Below are positions 14,711 to 29,790 of a stretch of DNA of 64,000 bases, piece by piece. The notes under the pieces are model-generated. The model did not search any database. It was not told where the DNA came from and saw nothing but the letters and a program-made list of their open reading frames with translations. This DNA comes from the human T2T-CHM13v2.0 reference genome, Homo sapiens. The position numbers and the translations under genes were made by a program. The stretch lies in NCBI RefSeq assembly GCF_009914755.1, contig NC_060942.1; one strand, 5' to 3'. Positions within the stretch are counted from its first letter, which is position 1; the number at the start of each line of letters is the position of its first letter.

Positions 14711-14919
14711 CAGGGGTGTCCAATCTTTTGGCTTCTTTGGGCCACATTGGAAGAATTGTCTTTGGCCACACATAAAATACACTAACAATAGCTGATGAGC
14801 TAAAAAAAAAAAAATTGCAAAAAAAAATCTCATAATGTTTTAAGAAAGTTTATGAATTTGTGTTGGGCTGCATTCAAAGTAATCCAATGTGGCCCATGAG
14901 CCATGCTTGGACAAGCTTG
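14711..14919 (+). mobile_element. MER30 (hAT-Charlie MITE)
   Basis: caggggtgtccaatcttttggcttc...ttggacaagcttg; 8-bp TSD atgcagag/atgtagac. Confidence 0.88.
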
Positions 14920-14929
14920 ATGTAGACAT

Positions 14930-16670
14930 TTCCCTCAGCCCCAGGCTCCTTGACAGTCACCAACCATCAACAAGCCATTTTCACTCTCTTCACATTGATC
15001 AGATTTCTATCATCATGCCTATTCTTGGACTTTATATAAATGTGTCCAATTTATTTTAATCAACATATTTCTGAGATTCATTTATGTTACCATGTGTATC
15101 AATCATCCACTCCTTTTTATTGGTGAAGAGTATTCTATTTTACGCATTTGTCCCTATTGAACTATCCATTCACTTACTGATGGACATTGATATTGGTACC
15201 AGTCTCTAACTATTATGAATAAACTTGTTCTCAACATTCTCACTTACTTGCTGGGCCATAGGAAAGGTAGATGTATAATTTTATGAGGAACTTCTAGTTT
15301 CCCAAAATATTTTTACCATTTTACATTTCTACTAACCAAGTACAAGATGTTTATTTGCTCCACGTCATCTTTAACGTTTAGCAATATCAGTCTTTTTGAT
15401 TTCAGCCATTGTAGTGGAAGGAAAATTGTATCTTATAGTGCTTTTAATTTGCACTTTCATGATGACCAGTGATGTTGAATATCTTTTCTTGCACATTTTG
15501 GACATTTGTACATCCTTTTTGGTCTGTTCAAGTCTTTTGCCCATGTTTGTATTAGGTTGACAAATGTAGTAGTTGTTTATGTATATGGATATGAGTCCTT
15601 TGTCAGGCATGGTTTGCAAATGTTTTCCCAGTCTTCGATTGCCTATTCATTTTCTTAGTGGTGTCCTTTTAATTTTCATAAAGTTTATTATTTTTTCTTT
15701 TATATGTTTTTTCATTGTTCTAGCTTTTGCAGTTAGACATATGACTTCTCTCAAATTAATTTTTAAATTACATATATCTGTGTATATATATATGCATACA
15801 TAAATTTTATGTATGTATAGAGGTTGAGTTTCTTTTTTTCTTCATATGGTATCCATTTGTTTCAACAATATTTGTTAAGACTTTCCTCATTGAATTGACT
15901 TAAGGCTTTGTAAAAATCAATCAACCATACTTTATGGGTCTATTTCTAGACTTCCTATTCTGCCCTACTGATCTGTCTATCCTTATGCCAATGCCACACT
16001 ATCTTGATGATAGTAGCTTTATTCTAAGTCGTGAAGCAGGTATTGTAAATCTCCAAATTTTTCTTTTTCAAAGTTGTTATAGATATTCTAGATTCTTTTA
16101 ATCTTCCATAGATTGATAGAATAGTAAATAAAATAAGATTCTTTGAACATTCATAAAAATTTTAAATCAGCCTGCTGGGATTATGCTTGGGATTATGTTG
16201 AATGTCAAAATCCATTTGGGGAGACCTGATTGATGTCCTTATAATATTGAGTCCTCCAATCCAAGAACATAGTATCTCTCTATTTTTAATAATGTCTTTA
16301 GTTTCTCTTAACAAAGTTTTGTAGTTTTCAGTGCAGAGATCTTGCACATCTTTTGTTAGATTTATTCCTGTTTATTTTGTTAGATTTATTTGATGTTTTG
16401 CTGCTATTATACATTTTTTAATTTAATTCAATTTTTAAAATTTCATGCTAGTTATATATAACCTTGTATTCTGCAACCATACTAATTTACTTATTGGTTT
16501 TAGTTGTTTTTTTTTTTTTTTTTGAACTCCCATAAGATTTCCTATGTACGTAATCGTGTCACTTGCAAACAATAGAAATTTTACTTCTTCCTTTCCAATA
16601 TATATGCCATTTATTTATTTTGTCTTATTTCACTGGCCAAGACTTCCAGTACAATGTTTAATAAAAGTGG
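14930..16670 (-). mobile_element. Old L1 (L1MB/MC/ME-type) 3' fragment
   Basis: Minus-strand ORF2-like peptides in the ORF track (15371-15619 ...YSTSLVIMKVQIKSTIRY; 16162-16347 QDLCTENYKTLLRETK...CSWIGGLNI). Confidence 0.8.
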
Positions 16671-16689
16671 TATACCCATCATCTTTCAG

Positions 16690-16800
16690 TACGTATCATT
16701 ATAACCTAAAACTTAGTGGCTTAGTACAATAATAATCTTGTTGCTCATTAATCCATGGGTTAAGAATTCAGTCAGAGCTCAATAGGGGTGGCTTTTTTAT
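16690..16800 (-). mobile_element. MLT1 LTR fragment
   Basis: cctaaaacttagtggcttagtacaa...ttgctcat...aagaattcagtcagagctca. Confidence 0.5.
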
Positions 16801-17061
16801 ACACTGCCTTGCATGTAGGGAGTGAGCCATGTGTCTTGGGAAGGATGATTCTCTAAAGCTCTCTTGCCCTGTCCCCAACTATCAGGATATTACTCCTCAG
16901 CACTCAACAGAGGCTTATGGCAAAGAGTTGGCAAGTTGGTGCAGACTTGCTCTGTGGCTTGGGCTCTTCTGAATTGCAATCTGTCATATCAGCCCACATA
17001 TGTTAAAAATTTTTTTAAGTTTGCTATTAAATAGCAAATTACTTAAAACAAAATAAGCAGA

Positions 17062-17362
17062 TTTTTTTTTTTTTAAGAGTTGAGGTCTTGTTCACTTGAC
17101 CAGGCTGGAGTACAGTGGCACGATCGTGGCTCAACGCATCTCGAACTCCTGAGCTCAAGTGAGCCTCCCACTTCAACCTCCCAAGTAGTTGGGACTACAG
17201 GTGCCTGCTGCCACACTGGGTTATTATTTTGTTTTTGAATTTTCAAGAGATGGGGTCTCATTATGTTGCCTAGCTGGTCTTGAACTCCCAGACTCAAGCG
17301 ATCCTGCTGTCTCAGGCTCCCAAATCACTGGGATTACAAGGCTTGAGCCACCACTCTGGGCT
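17062..17362 (-). mobile_element. AluJ (Jo/Jr-like)
   Basis: Diverged dimer with gaactcctgagctcaag and ggggtctcattatgttgcc. Confidence 0.88.
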
Positions 17363-17404
17363 CAGAAGTTTGTTAAGTTTGCTTTAAAATAGCAAATAAT
17401 TGGG

Positions 17405-19850
<2,446 letters not shown>

Positions 19851-19899
19851 TCACGACTTTCTACATTTTAACCTGAACTGAAAGTCCCAATTTAGATTT

Positions 19900-20330
19900 A
19901 AAAGTACTTTTTACTGAGTGGAGATTGAAATGGAGGGTTGAAATCAGTTGTGAATCTAGAAAGGGAGCTGTTGCAGTTTTCCAGGAGATGAATGATAACT
20001 GTCAGAAGTCTAGTTGGACGCAACGAAGACAAAAAATTAATAAAGAAAGGAAGTGGTTTGGAGATGTATTTTCAGGATGAGACCAACTGACTTGCTGATG
20101 AATTACAAAATAAAAGAAGGTCATTGCATGCCATTTATTGAGAGAGAAATGTTGGAGGCAAAAATTTGTAGCAAGGATCTTGGTGGGATGGAGCAGGCAA
20201 GGATAAAGCATTTGGGCATGTGTGGTTTGTATTCTGTTAGCTATCCTGGTGAAGATAGCAAGGAGACTGTTGGATGTATAAGTTTGGAGCCAGAGAAAAG
20301 ACCTGGGCTGGAAATTCTAACCTTGTAAAC
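19900..20330 (-). mobile_element. L2 fragment
   Basis: gagctgttgcagttttccaggaga...atgccatttattgagagag...gttggatgtataagtttggagccagagaaaagacctgggctgga. Confidence 0.6.
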
Positions 20331-22693
20331 CAGGCATTTTTAACCTCATGTAATGATGAGGATCTAAAATGTGACTTAATTTGTTCAAGGTTACCAACCT
20401 GGTAAGGTGACAAACTAAGATTCAAACCCAGACTTATTGAACTTTAAGCCATCTCGCCACACTGTCTTGGAGGACTCGAACTCCATCTCAGACATCTCCT
20501 ATGTCCCAGAGCACTAAGCAAAATACTGAGTGCACAGCAGAGGCTCAGTAAGTATTTGTTGATTGATTAATATGCCTTGGGATATTAGGAAACTCACCAA
20601 ACTCCAAACCTCATATTCTATTTACACAGCTACATTTGAAGAATAGACTTGATTAATTGCTTTCTGGCAGTCAGTAGCGTACCAACTTGGGCAGAAAGTG
20701 AGCAGAAGCACAGGGAAGAAATCCAGCTTCTGGGAGTCCCAGTCAATCCTGATCCCGAATGATTGGGCCTGGCCATTTGAAGTCTCTGTTTAACCAAATA
20801 AAGGCAAGACATTGTTTTCACTTGTAGGTGCCTTGATCTGCTTTCATCTGCCCATAAGTAATAAAACAGTCCTGGCTGCCATATTAAGACCATCAAGGCC
20901 TACTTAGTCCTTTTGCATCATTGCATGGCCTGGGAAAGCTGCATCTGTGATCCAGTTTCTACCAAGAAAAGAATAGCATGCTAAGCTTGAGCAGTACAAC
21001 AAATCATCTGAGGAATCTTTTCCTGCCAGTTTTTCTCCACTTTTTTCTCTACATTTCTCTCTTATTTAGCTTTTTGTTATATATTTAGCATCCATGGTGC
21101 ACCTATCAGCCAGGGCACAAGAGGCTATTTCTCTCCATTGATGTAGGGCAAAAGCAAAAGTTTATCTGAACATTTTAAGGTTAGCAGTTCACGGTGTTTG
21201 GGAAGAGCTATATTTTCCACCAAACATGATTAACCACAGAAAGAGTTGTATTAAACTGCTGATATGTCGCAAGTCCCTCACTTCAGAACAGTATTAGGAT
21301 TAGCAACCCTGAGGTTGTCATGCGGTAATTAAGGGACTGTGAAATGTTATATAAAGACTCACAGCTGGCTATTCAAGACAGCAAAATTGAAAGGCAGATT
21401 GCTATCACCAGGGGAGATCAACTCTTCTAGGTCTGTAATATTAAGTCCCAGTGCTTGCTGGAAGAGCTGCAAGTATGTCAAGAGTTAATTTCTGGCCATT
21501 ATATGACCCTCCTGGTTTTCCTGTGGTGGGGCAGAGTCCTGAAAGAATCCCATTATCACATTGGACTGGGATGGTGTGCGAGTTTCTGCCAAGATATGAA
21601 ATAAATTTGTATCGCCGGCTCAAGTTCTTTTGTACTGACACCCTTCTCAATCACTGGCTCTTAAGGGGGAAATAAGACAATATTCAGAAGACGAAAGTTC
21701 TCTGTCCACCAGTCCTCTGGCTTGCCTCATCCCTCAGAGAAACGGGAAGTTACATAGCTGCTTAGGAAGCTATTACCATGCTACTTGGAGTTTCCTGCTG
21801 TTCTCATTGTCGCTGAATCCCTGATAGTGTTATTTAGAAATAAGGGATAATCGCTATTGGTTTATTGTGTATGAGACAGAAAACTGTTTCTGAGATAGAC
21901 TAATAGCCAAAGCAAAATGAAATCATTTAATCCATCTCCAAAGCTGTTTGTTGAGAGTATACTACAAAGCCATAAAGATCATTACTATTATAGAGCACAC
22001 CATAACATTAAATGAGAAGTTTCTTTCCCTGGAGAGGGCAAGGAGTTATTCCATTATGCTAATTCCATCTAGCACCTTCTGGGTATACCACGACAGGCAT
22101 AAGAATAAAAAGATGAATGCCCGGTTAGCTTAGGAGTAAACATGATCATTTTCACTGTGTAACACTTCCCTCCAGACTATAGGTAGCTTCCAGGAAACCT
22201 CTAAAGTGTAGAATTTTCCTGAGTTTTGATCATCGGTTTTCCCAGCAGCTGAGCACTAACCTGACACTTTATCTGAAATAGTGGAGGTAGAGGGTGCAAT
22301 TGGGCAGTAAAATGGTTGTATAGATCCTGGGTTGATTGGAAGCCTTTGCTTCTAAGCACAACAGTTTGGCCACCATAAATGTGATCATTGAATATAACAC
22401 TGCTGTTTGAATTCTTGACACATGAATTTTAAAATAACAACACCTTAAAAAGTAACATCTTGAGTTATAAAGACATTGTTTTATAACCCTGGCAGCTCCT
22501 GTAGACATGTGAGTAAAATTATTTATGCCTATGAACTTTAAACTATTTCTGAATAATCTATGCAATGCTTAGCTTAGAACCATATGCAATTAGGCACTCA
22601 ATAAATGCTTTTTTTAAGAAAGAGAAGAAAAATCAATTTTGATTTTAACCTCCTCAAGAGTATCAGGAACTATCTTAAAATTATTGTATATAA

Positions 22694-23017
<324 letters not shown>

Positions 23018-23591
23018 CAAATACCTTTTTAAGATTTCAGAAAATGTAATGCTTAAAGCCTTTTTACAGTTTATCTAAAAATATGGGACTACTTATGAAC
23101 TGTTCAACCTATTTTTCCTTCAAATTAAAAAAAAATCCATTTCATACTGTCTTTAATGTTGGGAGGAAGAGTAAGTTAGAAAATAATAGCATAGAAGAGA
23201 AGTGGCAAATAGGCTTTATCTCATATGCCAGAACTGTTTAATTAATAATGCCTACCTGCAGGGTTGGGTTAAGAAATAGCCAGAGTGTCTTGATTATTTA
23301 ATGAAGCCTACCATTGGTGTAAAAAGGAGGGATGGGATCTTTATATGAGGTTGCACAGAAGGCATTTAGTTTTGGGAATGTTTGCCAAAATGTAAGGAGA
23401 TTAGGATATCATTTGCTGCAGACTCAAGCTGTCATTCTGAAACCTGTTTATTTTTCTTTAGTGATCATAAGAATCAATATAGAAGCACTAAAGGGTAAGT
23501 TTGACTCTGAGTCAAGATCAGAGATTGTCATGTAATAAAATACCCAGATTCTCCTTATAAGCACTAGCTAGGCAGTTGGCTGGATGAGCTA

Positions 23592-23596
<5 letters not shown>

Positions 23597-23625
<29 letters not shown>
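23597..23625. repeat. (AC)14 microsatellite
   Basis: Direct reading. Confidence 0.95.
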
Positions 23626-23626
<1 letters not shown>

Positions 23627-23767
23627 CTTTAATCAACTAGGGTAATAGTTAAGGGTGGCTGCAAATCTGCATATCCTTGGACACTCCTCTGATCGAGGGT
23701 TAGGGACTATGTGTACTACCCTTAAACCTGAGTGTGTCCTTGAAATACAAAAAAGAGATATATACAA

Positions 23768-24003
23768 CTGAGTAGCATGACAGTTAAGAGTTCAGACTGG
23801 GTCCCAGTCTCTGATCTGACACTGTTTGACTTTAAACAAGTTTTTAAATATCTTTGTGTTTCTGTTTTTCTTACCTGTAAAATAAATATAGTGATAGTAC
23901 CTGTCTGATAAGTTATTGGGAGCTTTAAATGAGATACTATGTGTATAGTGCTTAGAATAGGATCTGGCACTTAGTAAATGCTCAATAAATGGGCCATTAT
24001 TTT
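23768..24003 (+). mobile_element. MIR
   Basis: ttttcttacctgtaaaat...atagtacct...ttaaatgagata...agtgcttagaatag...tggcacttagtaaatgctcaataaatg. Confidence 0.78.
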
Positions 24004-24019
24004 TATTACAATGAGATTA

Positions 24020-24260
24020 AGTACAGATGCTTTGGGAGCAAACAAAGGAATGATATCCAAGTGGTGGTGATAGGAGTTCAGAAAAGACTTCATAGGAGAA
24101 GTAACTTTTAACCCTAAACCAGCAAGGTAAGGAGTAGTGTCTTAAGAAGCAGGAGACTGTCGGGGGGAGAAGCGTGAATGGGAGGGCAGGGACTTCCAAG
24201 CCAAGGAAGCAGTGTACGTGGAATCTCTGGAGGCAAGAGAGAGCATGGCATCATGCTGAA
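24020..24260 (-). mobile_element. L2 fragment
   Basis: gttcagaaaagacttcataggagaagtaactttta...tggaggcaagagagagcatggca. Confidence 0.5.
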
Positions 24261-26107
24261 CTTCATTGCAACTTCTGACTCCAAACCCTATGGTGTCATT
24301 TAGTCATTATTCAACTCCTCATGCATCAAGATGTCATTGACTTTCTACATTCGAGTTCCTACTTCCTAGGCTTTCAATCATTTTCATCATTTACTCTAAC
24401 TCTTCTCTAAATGTCAACTACTCTTCTCCTAGACAAAGAGACTAAGCAGTTCTTGGCATCCTAATCCAAGTTCAGCAAGCCTCCTACTCTGGCCTTGTGG
24501 TCTGTTTTGGACTCCAGATCTTCAGGACCTGGCTGACTATTCTGATAGGCTTTTGCACTGGTGTTGTGAGGCCAATTAACCTTGCTAGTCTGGTAAGGGT
24601 CAGTCCTCGGCAAGTGATGACCTTATCTGGACACCATGCAAACATCTGTGAAAGGAAACAGAATAGCTCATTTAATAGCTTGAAAGTCCTGTGGAGGCCT
24701 GAATAGTTGAAAACAGTTAAACACAAGGTAATGTTCAGCCTGAGTGGCTGGATCACTTACTCAAATCAAAATAAATGCTCTTTACAAAATACCTATCAGT
24801 CAGATTATCTGATACCTCTTGTAAGAGGGCAAAAGATGAGGAGGAGAGGATTACAAGTGAAAAGACATCCCATAAGAGCAAAAGCCATGCAGTTGAACTC
24901 AAATCACACAACGTATCTTTACAAAAATAAGTCTCTAGTGTGCAAAAGGAGGTAAAAAAACTTTGCAATTGATGTGACTATAAACATCTGATCCTCTTAC
25001 CACACCCAACTGTACAAAAGGACAAGTTCTGGGCTGAAGTCCCAAAGACTTTCCTGGGCATTTGCAATAGAACACATGCATGCAGGAACTCCACAGCAAA
25101 GCCAAGCGGGCAGAGCCAGTCTGCCTTCTGGAATGCCCTGCGTAGAGAAACAAGCTTTGCAAGACAGAATTAAATGCAGATTACCAAGGGCGTTGGGAGC
25201 TGTGCAGACTTGAGTGAATCACAATCAGAAACAAGGATTAAGTTGTTTAATTTTGAAGAGTTCTCTCCTAATTTTCTCAAATAAATGTCATTTCCAGTGA
25301 TCCCTGCTCTGAACATTAATATAATAAGCACTCTAATAGAATTCATAGTAGTAATGGAGTATTTTGGTGGCAAATGTATCTAAATATCCATTTCATAAAA
25401 TAACATTTGTTAAAATGTAAAAATGAGTGAAAAGAACAAAAGAAAAATACTGCTTTTCCTCTTGTGTTTGATGGGTTTTTCATTAAGCCTACTACTTATA
25501 ATGATAAAATGGTCCTTGGGAATTAACAGCCACAGAATTTGTAAAGCATGCTTCCAGAGTCTTACAGCTTTCACCTCTCTGGTGTGTTTAAGGAAGGAGG
25601 ATAAAGGCAAGGCCATTTACAAGGGGAATGACACTCAAATATTCAGAAGTAGACAGCTTCCACAGGTGCCTGGACGTCGTGGAATATAGGGGCTGTGTCC
25701 ACTTTCCTGCTTGTGATAATATTGATTCTATTTAGTAATTCTAGGCAAATGAATATTGCTGACTGTTTCTCAGTTGGGAAGTGGTAGAGAAGACACATGA
25801 AATGAAACTAACATTGCATGTTAAGCCTGTATCATTTACAAAAGGAAAGAGCATCACAATGGAGTTTCTTTTAAAAAAAATTATTCTGAAGACCAGTAAT
25901 AGAAAGGAGCCAAGAAATCGTGAAGAAAATACGACTCATTGACATAATAAATGATCAGAGATTAATAGATGAAATAGTGCCCGTTCCATGCCAGCTCCTA
26001 TGCAGGTTTGGAGAAGGTAAAAATTACTAAGACAGTGACCTGCTCCATTTTATTAAGTGCACAGGCTTAGTTTACATGCCAGTGGTGGAGGGTGGCAAGG
26101 GTTGAGA

Positions 26108-26205
26108 TGAGTGACCAACTGCTCCAGGTTGCCCAGAACTGGGAGGGATTCCCAGGTGCTAAAACCAGGAACGTCTCAGGCAAACCAGCATGCGTTGGTA
26201 AACCT
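26108..26205. mobile_element. MER81-like hAT-Blackjack MITE
   Basis: gagtgaccaact...ggttgcccagaactg...gtgctaaaaccaggaa...ggcaaacca...gttggtaaacct; degenerate TIRs. Confidence 0.7.
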
Positions 26206-26726
26206 CAGAAAGGAGGCTAAAGCAATAAACAGGCTAGGGTTAGTTGAAGAAAGTGTTTTTGTATGCCATGCAATGGGGTTTGGCTTTGACCTTGTGGGAA
26301 ATGCTGGGCCTTTGTTTCGACACACAGAGTTGTGATGAGGTTAACTGTGTCCTGGAGGCCAATCAGATGTCATTTCTGCCCATCAATTCTGTTTCTGTCT
26401 CATTGCCCAGAAGGGAGACCTTTATAGTAAAAGTTGGCAAGAGAGGAGTGTGCGCTGCAGGATTCTACCTCCTCCTGTCCAACATGTCTCCCCACGTGGG
26501 GGTGATCAGGACATCAGGTAACGTTGCCCGATTCCATGACTCCGTTTTCCCCTACAATCCACTAGGGCAGAAAGAACAGACTTTCTTCCTAGTTCCTCTT
26601 TCTTTCTGTCTGAGATAGCCACCTGCTAGTCCCTCTTTCCTGAGGTAGCATTCATACTTTGTTGTCCCCTGGATCTGTGAACCGAGAGTGGCCACTAGGG
26701 GTCATGGTTCACAGAGGAAGGGAATT

Positions 26727-26730
26727 AAAA

Positions 26731-26772
<42 letters not shown>

Positions 26773-26932
26773 TATTTATATACACACACAAACATATATA
26801 CACACATATGTGTATATGTGTGTATATATGTAACTATGTTATGTAGATATGTGTATATGCATATATATGTTGTATATATGTATATATGTGTACATATATA
26901 CAGATACACATACACATATATATATACACATA
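26727..26932. repeat. Compound A-run/(TA)n/(TATG,CATA)n low-complexity tract
   Basis: Direct reading. Confidence 0.9.
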
Positions 26933-26946
26933 CAGTTATTTAGTAG

Positions 26947-27257
<311 letters not shown>

Positions 27258-27299
27258 AATAGTATCTCTTACAAGCAAAATTAAACTAGGATAATAAAA

Positions 27300-27490
27300 A
27301 TCAGAACAGAGATTGTTTCCAGGGCATATGTTGACTGGGGAGGGGTATTAATGAATGTTCTGGGGTGATAAAAATCTTCCATATCTTGAAGGCATGTGGA
27401 TTACATGGGTGTGTGCATCTGTGAAAACTCACTGAACTGTACCTTGAGGATGTGAGCATTTCACTGCAAATAAATTACACCTCAATAAGA
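27300..27490 (+). mobile_element. L1ME 3' end
   Basis: ttgactgggg...ttctggggtgata...aaaactcactgaactgtac...taaattacacctcaataa. Confidence 0.7.
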
Positions 27491-27825
27491 AAGATTTTTT
27501 AAAAGGGAAAAAATTAACTCTGTTGCCCTTCTAAATGTTCTTCTAATTAAGTCTTTGGATTCTCTCATGTTTATCACCTTAGGGCAAATTGCTAAAGTGG
27601 AATTTGGGAGCCAAAAAAAGATATGTACACTTTTAGGGGTTTTGTTAAATTTTGAAAATTATCTCCCAGAAAGGTTCTTTCCTGTTTATACTTCATTAAA
27701 ATTGATTGAAAATGGACATCAGGATTTACCTGTTGTGGTTTGATTTGCTATTTATACAAATACAAATGGAGTAAGTTACCCAGAAATGCATAAAGATAAC
27801 AAGTAAATTATTTGAGAATTACTAA

Positions 27826-27843
<18 letters not shown>

Positions 27844-27861
<18 letters not shown>

Positions 27862-27969
27862 TTTGAGATGGAGTCTAGCTCTGTTGCCCAGGCTCCTGAT
27901 CTCAAGTGATCTGCCCACCTCAGCCTCTCAAAGTGCTGGGATTACAGGCAGAAGCCACTGCACCCGGCT
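27844..27969 (-). mobile_element. Internally deleted AluS (monomer length) with (TA)n next to the tail
   Basis: Right-monomer end gagatggagtctagctctgttgcccaggct joined directly to left-monomer cctgatctcaagtgatctgccc. Confidence 0.8.
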
Positions 27970-29634
27970 GAATCTCAGAACCTTAATTCCCCCAGTTCAG
28001 AAACCTGTACACAGAGCTGCCGAACTGCTACACCCCAGCACAGGTGGCAGATTTGAGCATGAGCTCCTCTGCTGTCCCTTCCACAGTGTCTGGTGGAAGT
28101 GCTAATGACAGGGAAAGGGACAGCAGCAGGAGGGACAGGGAAGGCAAGAAAAAGCCAAGGGATAGTGCAAAAGGCAATAATTAGCTCTCCGATAATCACA
28201 ATTTGAAATAACTTGAATCCAAGTACTTTTAAAGGCAGCTTTCTTGAGGGATACATTTTCTGAACAGGAAGTAGGGAGAGAACACCAACCAGGGCTAAAA
28301 GCAAAAGACTGTGAAGACTTCTGCAGCCCAGACTCCTACATCTGTCGGCATCACAGAGTTCATCCTTCTTCCCTCTCCCACCGCCACTGTGGACATGAGC
28401 ATTAATGGTGCAGACGATCATGCAGTCACATAATTACTGGAAATTATCTCCAAAAAGCCGGGGAGAAACCAGTGTCATCTCGTACCGCTGGTCTGCTTTA
28501 GGAGAAGCTGGCATGAAGCAGCATCCCCCAGTAGGCAGCAGCCTTCATCTTGGCATAAACCTGCGGAATCAAATGCTTCTGCTTCTTCCTGGCTGGTTCA
28601 TACCCTCTCCTCTCCTTCCAGAAGGAATTAGCCCAGCTCTGACTAGGTGCTATGCTGTTCCATATGGACCACCTCACAAAGAAGACAAAAAATGTCACGC
28701 TCAGCATTAAAGCAGGGGCTCACACTGCTATCTTGCGACCTTTGCAACCTCAATCTGAAATGAAGCTTCCTTATTCTGCATACAGCACTGTCAGTGGATT
28801 GCAAAAGCGGGTAGATCAGATTGTCCCCCCTCTATCCATCGCTTTTCAGTTTCAAAACCCTTCCTAAATAGAATTGAGTTAAAAGAAAATGCTGGTTTGC
28901 TCTTTTTCTTGGGGAGGGGAGAGAGAGGATGAAGGTCTTTGGAAACCAGTTCAGACAAGTTTGAATACAATTAAACAAGGGGCTCCTCTCTGCCTGCCAT
29001 CCACAATTTTCCGATTCCTTTCTAAGCCTAGTGTTGCTTAGTGCCCACCGATGTGAATAGACTGGAATAGAGAAGAAAAGCCAAGAAGATCTGTTACTTT
29101 CTGGTAATGCCCAGGAAATTCTTAGAAAAGCCACTAGGTATCATAGTACTCTCGATGAATATGTATTGACCTTGAAAATCATTTTAAAAATCGATACTTA
29201 CCAGCAATAATATTGATGCCTTTATCTATTTTTTTAAAAAGTTATCTGGCCTGCTATAAAAAAACTATGTGAGTTTAAATTCCTTCTCAGTCTTTACAAG
29301 GTCAGACTCACAAGGTACAGGGAAGAGAAAGATGTCTGACTCTAAAGCTCACCGACCCATGAAGGGATTAGCTTCCTGAACGTCCCCCGATACTGTTGCT
29401 TCTCTGAATAGAATAAGAGAATTAAGGCACCTGCCTTGGCCAATATGACTAGGGCCTACCAATGGGTAGATTTTAAAAACTCGATTGTACACCCCTTGTG
29501 TTCAAGCCACTAGGCCATCCACTTCATCAGTGTAGACTGATTCTTTGTGTTTAAAGGTAGCATTTCCAGTTATTATTTATTCCTATCACGTGACAAGCAA
29601 TGCTAACATGATGACCAGTTGTTAAAAACACAAT

Positions 29635-29790
29635 AAAAAGAATGAAGGACTCTGAAACAGGCCTGGGTTTGAGCCCCAGTCCAATTTCTTTATCAACTCT
29701 ATGGCCCTCAGTCTGAATCTTAGTTCCCTTGCTTGTGACTCCAGGATAAAAATCCCAAATCTGTTTTACAGAGTTGTTGGAGTCATAAAA
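29635..29790 (+). mobile_element. MIR fragment
   Basis: ggactctgaaacaggcctgggtttgagcccca...ttacagagttgttg. Confidence 0.5.

Noticed and set aside
16351-16390. 16-bp direct repeat ttttgttagatttatt
   Set aside because: Low-complexity slippage inside an old L1
29195-29265. Minus-strand donor CTG|gtaagt with a nearby acceptor (49-nt exon)
   Set aside because: AT-rich low-complexity exon body with no other support
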